The notes under the pieces: model-generated
What the model was told of the DNA's origin: nothing
The model's database searches: none
What the model saw: the letters and a program-made list of their open reading frames with translations, nothing else
Shown here: positions 49,816 to 60,800 of the stretch, one piece after another
How the letters are laid out: every line of letters begins with the position of its first letter
Numbering within the stretch: position 1 is the first letter of the stretch
Source: Ramazzottius varieornatus
Taxonomy: Eukaryota > Animalia > Tardigrada
Direction of reading: 5' to 3'
Assembly: GCA_001949185.1 (NCBI GenBank)
Contig: BDGG01000006.1
Location: forward strand, 1,160,827-1,224,826
DNA length: 64,000 nucleotides
Program-made: the position numbers and the translations under genes

Positions 49816-50284
49816 TTAAAATCTCAAGTTCAGGTACCAGTCGTCAGAATAAGGCACGCCCAAGAGTTTAGCACAATACTTGTTACCGTTGAAGAAAAGC
49901 TGTCTTCCTTCGAGTTGCCCTCTTGGACTTCTCCCAGGACACTCTCTTGACGATGTTACTCCTCTTGTCGGTGTAGAAGCTGTCGCCAGAAAAGTTTTGT
50001 TGGTAGACCGGAAGGCCGTTCCGTCTTTGCTGCATGTGGGGTAGAACTCCAGCGTGGGCGCGGGTTCGCCTTGGGGATAACCGCGCGTAGGCGGCATTCC
50101 AGCACAGCGTTTGGTTCGTCTGCGCAACGAGTGACCCGTACCCATTGGCCAGCTGTTGACCATTAGAACCCAGGTAGCTACCGTAGTGCCGAGACTTGGC
50201 CACTGGGTTTGCCACAGCCGGGCCATGCAAGGTTTGCAGTACCAGCACGCACAGAAGGAAAACGGGCGCAGTCTTCGCTGTCGT
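49816..50284 (-). pseudogene. Probable pseudogene of a small secreted protein of unknown family
   Basis: Signal-peptide-like TAKTAPVFLLCVLVLQTLHGPAVA preceded by ACG (CAAACAACG) instead of ATG. A frameshift near 49920 separates two halves that are contiguous in the paralog at 48520-48717. Confidence 0.55.
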
Positions 50285-51137
50285 TGTTTGATCAGTCTAG
50301 ATTCCGTATTATGATCTGGAATACTACACAATGTTAATTGCTATATGCCAAGTTTCCAAGTCAGACTGCAGTCAAATAGGTTTCGGCGGCCCAATTTCCG
50401 GAAACTCATTTTGCTACCAAATGACCCTTTTCCGACATGAACCTTGAGAGAATATTCGGAGGCATCGGATGGTAGCTTTGCCGTACCTCGCCGTGGCTTA
50501 CAGTCTCAAAAAAACTGTTCGGCCTTTTCGGAAGACGTTCTGGAAAATTTTAGGGGCTGCCAATAACTAAAACATCCCCGCCAGGACATTTGATGCCAAA
50601 ACGACTACCTACGTATTTTCATGCTACATGACGTCATTGTGACGTCAAAACTTTTTCAGTTAAAATTCGAACCGCTTCAGACTTTACCCCGACGTAGGCA
50701 ACTAAACACTGGTCGGACGGCGCAATGGATGTCAGAATCTGGTTGCTCGATGTTTGCTATACTAGATCGCATTAGAAGTTGAAGATTGCCCCTGGGGTGC
50801 CAAAACTTCAGAACCGTCTCCTGAACAATCGTGTTATTAGTCAATATTCCGGAAATTGGGCTGCCAAAACCCAGATGCTGTTCAGAATTGAACATCACGA
50901 TGGATATCTCAAAAGAAAAGCTGAGAATTTACAGCTCACAATCCTCGAGGTCGCCACTGCTCGTTGGCAACCTCACGCATGCCGTACACGCAGGAAGAGA
51001 AGTTATGGGCCAGTACAAATTACGGGCCAGGCGGAAAAGACGGCAAAATGTAAATTTGACCGTAGAGAAGGGCCGAAAAATGCACTGGAGTGAAGGAGGC
51101 GGGTTTTTGGCTATATGTTAACTGCTTCTTTCTAGAC

Positions 51138-51485
51138 CAGTGTTATTTTGTCATTATAATAGGAAATCGATTTTAATAATTAAAATCGTTTTAATTGTGA
51201 GGGTGAGTGTTCACTTGATTGATTTATCCGTAATAGGAAATCGAATCTTAATTTTAATAATTGAAATTCGTCAGCGATAATTGATTTTACTTGCAGTCAG
51301 CTGATCACGTAGACTTAAAATTAGCACGCGACTTTTAATACTGTATACTCTCCCGAAATTCACGTACGTCACTCCATTCAGAGTGTAAAAATAGACGGTA
51401 AGACCCCAATGATTTGAGAGTCAGAGACGTACGTGAATTTCGGGCGAGCATACAGTAATTCTAGTTGCATAGTAAAATAACACTG
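51138..51485. mobile_element. Non-autonomous hAT element with 8-bp TSD
   Basis: 12-bp TIR CAGTGTTATTTT / AAAATAACACTG flanked by identical TTCTAGAC at 51130-51137 and 51486-51493. Confidence 0.9.
51339..51457. mobile_element. TA-flanked MITE nested inside the hAT element
   Basis: TACTGTATACTCTCCCGAAATTCACGTACGTC ... GACGTACGTGAATTTCGGGCGAGCATACAGTA. Confidence 0.85.
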
Positions 51486-52865
51486 TTCTAGACATGTTGA
51501 CTTCTGGGTTCTGACCCGTTCTGCATGACGGTGAACATTTCGCTGCTACAGTACGTTCAACAACCTCTATCCTCCTACCGTCGTACCGAACTTATCCCAA
51601 GTTCAAAAATATTGGTTAGAACAAAATGCATGGTCTCAGTTCAATCGCTCTAGTTTTACCAGCCAGAACAACAACCGCATTTTGGTGAACCAGGATGCAT
51701 AAAGGCACAGCAAACCGACAAAGCATTACACGATCTAGATACGTACGCTTCCTTAAGTTCACACACTACAGTGTCCGACTGTCTATTCTACGAGAAATCA
51801 AATCCCACACATTTGCAACCGGAGGGAAAGTTGCACTCTTGTATCTGCTTTCCACGAGCCACGCACAGCCACGCCCGACCACATTGCCAAGTGCAGCGAA
51901 AGCTGAATCGTGTTTTGCCGGACATGCCCTTCTCATCATCCGGAATTTCCCATGTTTCGCCACCATCTGTAATTAAAAACAATGGTTCCTCCTTTTCTCC
52001 TCTTCAAATATTAGTGATTAAAAGAAGCCAGAACGTAAACGTTCGGAATCCGGAAGACTACTCCACAAGTACAGTCGACAGGAGAACGACACTAACAGTA
52101 TTGGGCTGAAGTACTCCAAACGGCCGCTGACAGCACGACCAACAACAGGATCCAAAGTTTGTCCATGATTACCGGTACTGTAAGTACAGCTTACACTATA
52201 CCGTTCTCTTCCTCCTTCTTCTGGAAATGTTTGAACCTCGATGTCAGAAATCAACCACTCGAGTAAAGTTCCAGTACGAAATGAACAACGGAGCTACGCG
52301 CTGGTTTTATACCAGTTGGGTTTTATACACAATGGAGGAATGGCCGATAAAACAGGGGAAGCACCGGATGCGGTACGTACCACATCCGGTACTTCCCCTG
52401 TTTATCTACTAGACGCTGCACGCGAAAGCTATTTTTGAGGACCGTAAACGTTGAAAGTATCGCGGTTTCATCTTCATACGCACTTTCCACGGTTCCAAGT
52501 TCCGGGAACTCTTAACTCCTGTAAAAAAGTTACAGTGGGAAAGAAATGGCCGAAATAACTTCTTCTCGTCTATAACGACTTGAAGATAAGGCTAAAATAA
52601 AAATTGTAGTGTCACTTAAGCAGGAGGTTTTGTTGCAGTCGATCACCTTGCCTGGTTAGATTGAACCGTTCCCCGAGATCTATCTGCTGACTGAGGGTAT
52701 TTTTTCACGAGTGGCGGAGTACGCCGATCCCTCGATCGCCATAAAAGTTACTCTGGTCCTGAAGCGGCGAGAGAACTATGGGTCAACTGGTAATCGGCCG
52801 CAAGCTGGGCACGTTTCAGCGCAAAAATACTGTGCGTCCATGGGGGGGGGGGGGGGGGGGGGGGG

Positions 52866-53433
52866 NNNNNNNNNNNNNNNNNNNNNNNNNNNNNNNNNNN
52901 NNNNNNNNNNNNNNNNNNNNNNNNNNNNNNNNNNNNNNNNNNNNNNNNNNNNNNNNNNNNNNNNNNNNNNNNNNNNNNNNNNNNNNNNNNNNNNNNNNNN
53001 NNNNNNNNNNNNNNNNNNNNNNNNNNNNNNNNNNNNNNNNNNNNNNNNNNNNNNNNNNNNNNNNNNNNNNNNNNNNNNNNNNNNNNNNNNNNNNNNNNNN
53101 NNNNNNNNNNNNNNNNNNNNNNNNNNNNNNNNNNNNNNNNNNNNNNNNNNNNNNNNNNNNNNNNNNNNNNNNNNNNNNNNNNNNNNNNNNNNNNNNNNNN
53201 NNNNNNNNNNNNNNNNNNNNNNNNNNNNNNNNNNNNNNNNNNNNNNNNNNNNNNNNNNNNNNNNNNNNNNNNNNNNNNNNNNNNNNNNNNNNNNNNNNNN
53301 NNNNNNNNNNNNNNNNNNNNNNNNNNNNNNNNNNNNNNNNNNNNNNNNNNNNNNNNNNNNNNNNNNNNNNNNNNNNNNNNNNNNNNNNNNNNNNNNNNNN
53401 NNNNNNNNNNNNNNNNNNNNNNNNNNNNNNNNN
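52866..53433. other. Assembly gap preceded by a poly-G run
   Basis: Long N run after ~24 G. Confidence 1.
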
Positions 53434-53445
53434 ACAGGGTGGCAT

Positions 53446-53718
53446 TACAGACATTAAGTTGCCATCGCCAGATGAAAGTCCCACTGTAGCTCAGATGAGT
53501 TGCAACGTCACTCATAAGCGCAGCAGCTGATCAGACCTTTGAATAGTTGAGCAGCCACCATGCTTCCCAATGCTAGCCAACCGTAACTCCGATTACGCTA
53601 TTTTTCGAAAATAAGGGGAGCTTCGGAAAGCAAAATGTAGTTACTCGGCACGAAAGGGGCGGAGCAAGGCCGTAGCTACAGTCGCAAAGTGAACGGGAGT
53701 GGCAACTTAATCTCTATA
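53446..53718. mobile_element. Possible MITE with ~19 bp imperfect TIRs
   Basis: TACAGACATTAAGTTGCCA / TGGCAACTTAATCTCTATA. Confidence 0.45.
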
Positions 53719-54800
53719 TTGATCTGAAGGTACGTACCTGGTATTAAATGCGGCGGCGTCGGTGTGTGCATTCTTCACCATGCAGTGAGGCTTGATGGAT
53801 GCAACGGTACTCCAACTGAAAATACCAAACATATTGGGGAAGTGTCTTTCAGGATGCCCGTCTCTGTCATATCGCGCACTAAGTTACTTGGTCCATGCCG
53901 GTGCGTCCGTTGACCACCCACAGCCGGAAGCGTAGAGAGAAAAAATCGGAATATCTCGAACCGACTGAAAATGTTTAAAGTTAAGACTTTTACGGTGCAT
54001 GCAAAGAACTAGTCAAGGATCGAGTGTATGGTAAAGATAGACATACAGGTTTGTAAAACTCTGAAAATTTCCGAATTATGCGCGGTATGTACGCGAGACG
54101 AGCGCAACACGGAAGTTAGCACCTGTCTGACGTCATTTCCGTTGTTTGTTCAGCATCTTACTGTAAGCCACCTCAAACTGAGATCTCGCGGTTAACGGGA
54201 GATAAACTGCGAGAACGAGCAAACGTGCACGTAAAGAATCGAGAAGGACACAGGATCTAAACCTAGCTTCTGTATACTTTCAAACCTTTTATACTCTAAT
54301 AAAATGATAGAACTGTTCAAAGTAAAAAAGCCATCAGAAACAGCGAAAAAGGGAGAAAAGTCTACTACCGCACGCTTCCAGCAGAAGATTTGAACGAGTT
54401 CCACAACTGCACATGCACAACAGCGTAAATCCCAACAAGTACATTGCAGACTTTACCAAGATTTCTAGTCGACGAAAGCAAAGTTTTTTCAGAGAAGACC
54501 GGAATAAAAAGCCTAACATTCGGATGAAATATGACAAGAAATAATTTAAGCTATCCACGTACATATTCATAGATTGTCTTTAAATATCTTCCTGGGGTTA
54601 TCTTTGTGAGTGGGAGAGACTAGACTGGAATTCTGTTGCGCTGCTGCTGGTTGTCTTCCATGCCACCAAGCAAGCGGGCCTACTTTGTGAGGGGGTGTGC
54701 ACCGGACTGAAGTTGAAACTTGACTGGAGCGAAGGATACATAAAGGTGTGTGGTCTTTGGTTACAGAAGAGACACGTCAAAAGCCAAGCTTGGGCCAAGC

Positions 54801-57800
54801 CTATGCGCTGTGCTTGGCCGTGCACCGACCACCTGACCGATGCGAGTGCACCAGTAGCCACCGCTCTCCCCGTCGGTGCCAGATGCGGCTTTCCTCAAAC
54901 TGCTGCGTCCCCGTACCACCGGACCTGAAAAAGACCACCCGCCAAGTGACTTCCTGCTTCCACAGCCCAGTTTATACTACAGAGGAGCTCGGCAAACAAG
55001 CTCGCCCAGACTGCTTTCTCAAGTGGCGCACGCTTTCAGTCTCACTGACTGGAAGCGTGCGCCACTTGGAAAAAACGATCTAGACGAGTTTGTTTACGAG
55101 CTCCCAAGAGATGTAAAACTTACTTGTCGACAAACTGGTCCAAGCGCACATAGGCAATGCAGGCGGCATCTTCACCAATCATCTGGACTTGAGGGTTCAG
55201 CACTGTACATCGGATATTCTTCATGTTCCTAGACATGCCTGTATGGAAGAGAGATAAAACGTGAATTAATTCGGGCGGAAGCTGCCGAGATAGTCTATCA
55301 CAAAAAGTTACACTCACTGTTGTCGAAATAGAATTTATGGAAATCCATTCCGACAATGAGATTGCTCAGCGACTCGGGCTCGAAAGATGTCATGCCACTG
55401 TCGCATAACCTCCTGCAAAATAGTAACATAGTCAGCTTGGGTATTTCCGATAAAATAGTGGTTTAGACTAGCTTACGAGTAGGTGTCGTAGTCGCCGGAG
55501 CTGATGCTATCCAGCAGGTTCTGCGTGACACGGATAATGTCCTGTTTCCTGGCATTGCCCTGTGTTACGGTCGATTGTACGGAGGAGACGCTGGTGCCGG
55601 AATCGACATGGCCGTTGATGCCAATGTGGTTCTCGATCTTGAGGGAACTGGGAGCGAAGGGAGTCTTGGGAGTCTCCAGTCCGTCCTCCTCGACGATGGT
55701 GTCGCTGTTGGCCAGTGCGGCGGCCGCGTCGGCTTCAGCCATCACAACGGCACCGGCCACCGTTTCGGGGGCTTTCTTGACCGTCGAGCTGCGCTGGTCG
55801 ATCTTTGGTATGGAAAAGTTACGGGTAGCCAGCATGGTCGTGAGGATTGCACCCTGAAACAGATTAAAAACAGTACAGTCAACCACAGATTCCACAAACA
55901 AGACACGGCGTTCACAAACTTTACAACGGAGAATAGAGCCGACCATAGAAAAAAGGCACTGGCAGTGCAACTCTGACGCAGCCTAAGTTCGATTCTCGAT
56001 GTAGTCTTCGATGAAACCAAGAATTTAACCGTCCTGAAAGTCTTCCTCGTTTCGTCATTTTTCCTTGTTCGTCCTATGCGCGGATACCAGTCGACAGAAT
56101 AACTTCCCCCAGATCGTTTTCCCAAGTGGCGCACGTTCACAGTCAATAGCACTGCAAACGTGCGCCACTTCCGAAAACGATCCGGGTGAGATTGTTGGCC
56201 GAGATCTCACCTATCATAACCCGTGAGTAGACTATCTTGATTGGTAACCCATGCGGACTAAGCTGAGAATGCAGATGTAAGAAGGTGGGAATTTACCGCA
56301 ATGAGGAGCAGCCACGTAAAGGATATTCCACATCGCGCCAGGACATAATCCACCAAGATATTCCACACCAATCCTAGCCTGCCCTTCCTGTCTACCGTCC
56401 CCGACCCCGTAGCTTCCTCGACAAAAAACTTTTCAACATCCACATGATCATCACTGGCGCCCACCAGTTCGGCCTCAACAGCCCCACGGTTCAGGTTGAC
56501 ATTGGGCGCTGAATGTCGATGTGCGCGTTGGGCTCTCAAGTCCAACTTGCGCAATGCCTGGACCTCAATTAGGGCCAGCACAATCAGAAAGACTTTCCAA
56601 AAGAGACTACACGATTCATGCAAGCTTAAAGGAGAGTAGTGGTGCCAGCACCTCAACGAGACTGCGGTCGATGGCCGCCGCCGCCGCATTTGCCACCACC
56701 TTGGACGTGTCCCTGGGTTGGTCCCGCGTCAGCTGGACAATCTGCGTCAAGGTCTTGGCTGGTCCCGGATGGCTCAAGATGGGTGAGGACAATGCTGAGC
56801 GTGAGACGGGCAGAACAAAGGGCAGATCAGCATCGGGCGATTTGTGGCGATCATGACGGGCTTCGGCACTGGCACTGCCTTTCCTGGCTAGCAAGGCTGC
56901 ATCAGCGCTCGTCTTGCGAGCCTGCTTCTCCTTCAGCTTATCACCAGACGACGACTTGAAGAGCTTGCCCCATTCCATAATCACGTCGAGAAATATTTCC
57001 TCATTAGCACACGCGACGAAGGAGGAAAGAACTGATGCCAGCAAAACTCGACCCTCGCATGACTTCCAGCTTGGTTTCTTCCGATGTTCAACGTGGAAAG
57101 AGAAGGGAAGGCCTATAAATATCCCCTGTATTTTTGGCAGCTCGATGAGACCGGCTTGCTTGTACCAGTATCATCATCAGCGTCGTCGACGCCGCAAAGT
57201 TGTTCTTTCGGCAGATGGAAATGATCTTGTAAGCTAAGGTTATAACGGACGTCCAAACAGCTTGTCTGTCACATCCAGATCACGCCGAAGACTCAAAAAA
57301 CCCACGCTCCACATGGTACTGTTTTCCTTGCTGAAATTTCCTCGCAGAAGCACGCTATGCCAATCCTTCATCGCAACACCATCCGATACACGCCGGAACA
57401 CGAAACCTCTCCTGACAGAATAAACTAAGACGTGAATAAATCAACTGAACCAGATCGTTACCCCAAGTAGCGCATCTTTCCATTGTTCCTGGTTGGAGAT
57501 GTGCGCCACTTAAGATCATTATACCAAGTGGCGCACGTTTGCATTACTATTGGCTGAAAGTGTGCGCCACTTGGGAAAAACCGATCTGACTCAAATCATT
57601 CCACGCGAACGATAGGTGGCGTTAAGTTCGCTAAGGAGCTCCAAATGGAAGTTGATGCTTGAAATACGCGAGTATGACTTACGAAAAAGACTGGAGTAGG
57701 CATTTGATGCGGGTTTAATCGGTCGGGGAGAACTTTGTGTTTTGACGGAGTGATGCCTGATCGATCAATAGCTCTCGCATGACATTTAAAACACACCAGG

Positions 57801-60800
57801 CTTTTCATGTTACGCTGCCGCCGGGGAGTCTTCCTCACACTAGTACTTGGCAAATGCCAATCGATAGACAGGCTTCCAATGCTTCATTGCCATATGGAGA
57901 ACTGACAGTCATCCTTGACTGCATCGACCAGTGTACTCTAGCTCGGCAGGACTCCCCTCCACTACAGAATGGAACGACCTTCCTTCCAGCGCTAATCCCG
58001 TCTGCTATAGGTCTCGTTCCATCATCCGTGAATCCCCAAAGACAGTCTGATGGCTGAAAGTCTCAACTTCGCCTTTGCCTCTTACTGCTCGTCACGTAAC
58101 GCACCAGGGTAGGTATCACCGACACTCAATGAGGACAAACTGGGAGATTTGTTCCCGCAGCGGTTTCTTCCTGAAAACTCTTCCCACACACCAGTCCTCC
58201 GCGAAACATGAAACCTTCTCAGCCTTCCCTAACGGGGAACAGTACGGCTGCATCGACCCAGCCTCGTTTCGTGACGGATAAATGTTCGAGTTCCAACTGG
58301 GCACAATAGTGAAAATAACATGACGGCACGGCCTTGTATGGAGGCCAGTTTCTACACGGCACAGCCTTGCTGTTGACACTGCCTTTGCGGCGGTCGACGG
58401 AGTGCTTTCTGCCCAAGTTCAATTTTCATTAGATTCGGCCCGCCAAGTTAAGAGGCACCATATTAAACTTTATGGGGTGATATCGACGTACCTTCAGTTT
58501 CCGCCTGGCGTTGAAGCGTTTCAGGCATTCGACCGTCTGTTGGCGATGCATCCTGTTGGCCACGTCGTCGCGGCGTTGGATCCAGGTATGCTTGAGGGCA
58601 TCGGTGGAGGTAATGCGCTTCCGAGGATCGGTGTTCAACATTTTATTAATCAGATCTTTGGCTTCCTTCGTGACCGTGTCCCATTCCGGTGATGGGTACT
58701 CGAAATGGCCGCTTTTGATCTGCGCGTACAGCCGGATCTGGTCTTCATCCCAAAAGGGCGGATAACCAACCAGCAATATGTACAGAATCACGCCTGCAAC
58801 AAATAAAGAAACATACCGTTAAGACAATCTCTCGAAAGACCTCAATCCTACTTTCCAAAATCTTATACTGAACCTAGACGAAGAAACTCTGCAAGATATT
58901 TTTTCCAAGTGGCGCAGATTTCCGGTTATTCTGGCCGGGAACGTGCGCCACTTGGGCAAACCGATCTTGCCAGGTTTGTTTGCCAAGCTCATAGACTACC
59001 ATCACAAAAACAGACTTCACAGAAGACGATCCGCCAACACGAATTGAAAACAATCCTGGATTTTTCCACGCGAAGGCATTATACGAATTGTTTTCAAACT
59101 AGAAAAAAGGGGCAAGAGAAAATTGCCGAGTACCGATTTAATTTTCTGTAATTTTCGAGTTAATTTTCTTTCTAAGGCTGAGCTGATCGGATTAGACACG
59201 TTGTGTAATTCTTCGTGCAAGGAGGAGGTTGAAACAAGAGAAGGGAAGATAAAGCCTCAAGGTCATCATTAGCTTTGCGATTTTGAGGAAGAGTTACAAG
59301 CTCGTTACCGCAAGCCCATATGTCGACAGGTTTTCCGTACGGTTCCTTCTTGAGCACTTCCGGCGAGAGGTAACCAGGTGTGCCGGCAAAGCCATGCCAA
59401 GCCTGCTGTTCGCCCGACACTTCGATGGCCAGTCCAAAGTCGGCCAGCTTGACGATGGCGCTCTTGGACTTGCTGGATAGCAGCAGGTTCTCGGGCTACA
59501 GGAAGAAGAGAGGTTAGGTTGGAGGGTATACAACATACACTTGGCTAATTCGCAGCTGTCACGGAAAGCGGCGGCCCAACCTTAAGATCTCTGTGGACGA
59601 CATTGTTGGAGTGACAATGATTGACACTCTCCAGAATTTGTGCAATACACTTGCTGGCGTCGTGTTCACTGTAGTATTCGCGGGCCACGATATCCTCAAA
59701 CAGTTCCCCACCGGTTACTCTGCAAATGACATACTTCCACATTAATCTTCGATCCAAACCAGCTTATCGTTCACAACAGGTTTACTTTCAGTTGAAAGAA
59801 AAAAGAAAAACGATCAAATCAGGCAAACGAGAGGTCGGAAAACAAAGCGTACAAGATTCTTTTTCAAGTGGCGCACGTTCTCCTTGTTACTGAATACTGA
59901 TCAAAAGCGTGCGCCACTGAAGCCCCGAGTGAAGCAAATTTCCAGTATTATTGGATGGAAGCGTGCGCCATTTAGATTATGATGTTGTACGTATCGCTTG
60001 CCGCCTCTCAAATATCTGTTCGAACGGACATTCATCTTCGCGTCGGCGTCATTGAACAATCAGAGAAAGCTAAAATAATACCCATACTCGCGAATTCCAA
60101 AAAGTATCCATTGCACCAAAGCTCCATCCGACTTGTGATGTGTATGTGTTAGTCATGTTCAGAGAATCTCACGCCATTGTATCGGTCAGTAGTTCGTCTC
60201 GCCGATTTTTTACAGCAATTTCTACAGGTATTCAGTGAACTTACAAGTCGAACACGAGGTAATGGAAGTTTTCCTCTTGTATGCTTTCGTGGAGTCTCAC
60301 TGCACAGAAAGAATCGTTTGAGAACGTATGTATAACGAGGTTACTCGGACTGAAGACTCTTGACAAGCAGGCCGCCATCCACAAGTGTCCATACCAGCCA
60401 ACACACTTGACAACATCTGTCGTCAAGGCAAAGGGCAAACACAGCCCCGAAACCGCCACCGACGGAGGAACCTGACAAGGTTTCCCCTCTTCCGCGACAG
60501 GCCCATACGAATGTGGATCAGAGTCATGCGTGCGGAAGAGGAGTTCCTGGCGGGGTTCTTCCGTCGTGCGAAAGCCCAGCATGCAACCTACCGATATTGG
60601 GATGATTAAGCCGTCTGCATATCCGTGCTTCCCGCTCCAGCTTCTGGAAATCTGCAACACAAACAAGCGCATTTAGAGCCGACGAATCTTTCCCTCCGTA
60701 ATTTGCTTCCCCTAAGAGCAAATCATCATCAGGGATGTGCCTCATTCAACACCAATCATGCACTAATCCATCACAAGCATAACCAGTTAAAAGTGTCATC

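Noticed and set aside
52711-53530. ORFs of 220-255 aa
   Set aside because: Artefacts of translating through the N gap and poly-G.
57596-58422. Further alternative CaMKII exons in the 5' part of the long intron
   Set aside because: ORFs are short, not protein-like, and lack a consistent frame-preserving splice path.
24980-59972. Tandem palindromic units with variable middles as a CRISPR array
   Set aside because: Eukaryotic intronic context, only 1-3 degenerate units per locus, the variable part is the hairpin loop and partly self-complementary, and there are no cas genes.
60524-60591. Read-through of CaMKII intron 3 gives [13 protein letters not shown], resembling the true next exon [11 protein letters not shown]
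   Set aside because: Short similarity, no separate acceptor and an early stop; most likely coincidence rather than a mutually exclusive exon.
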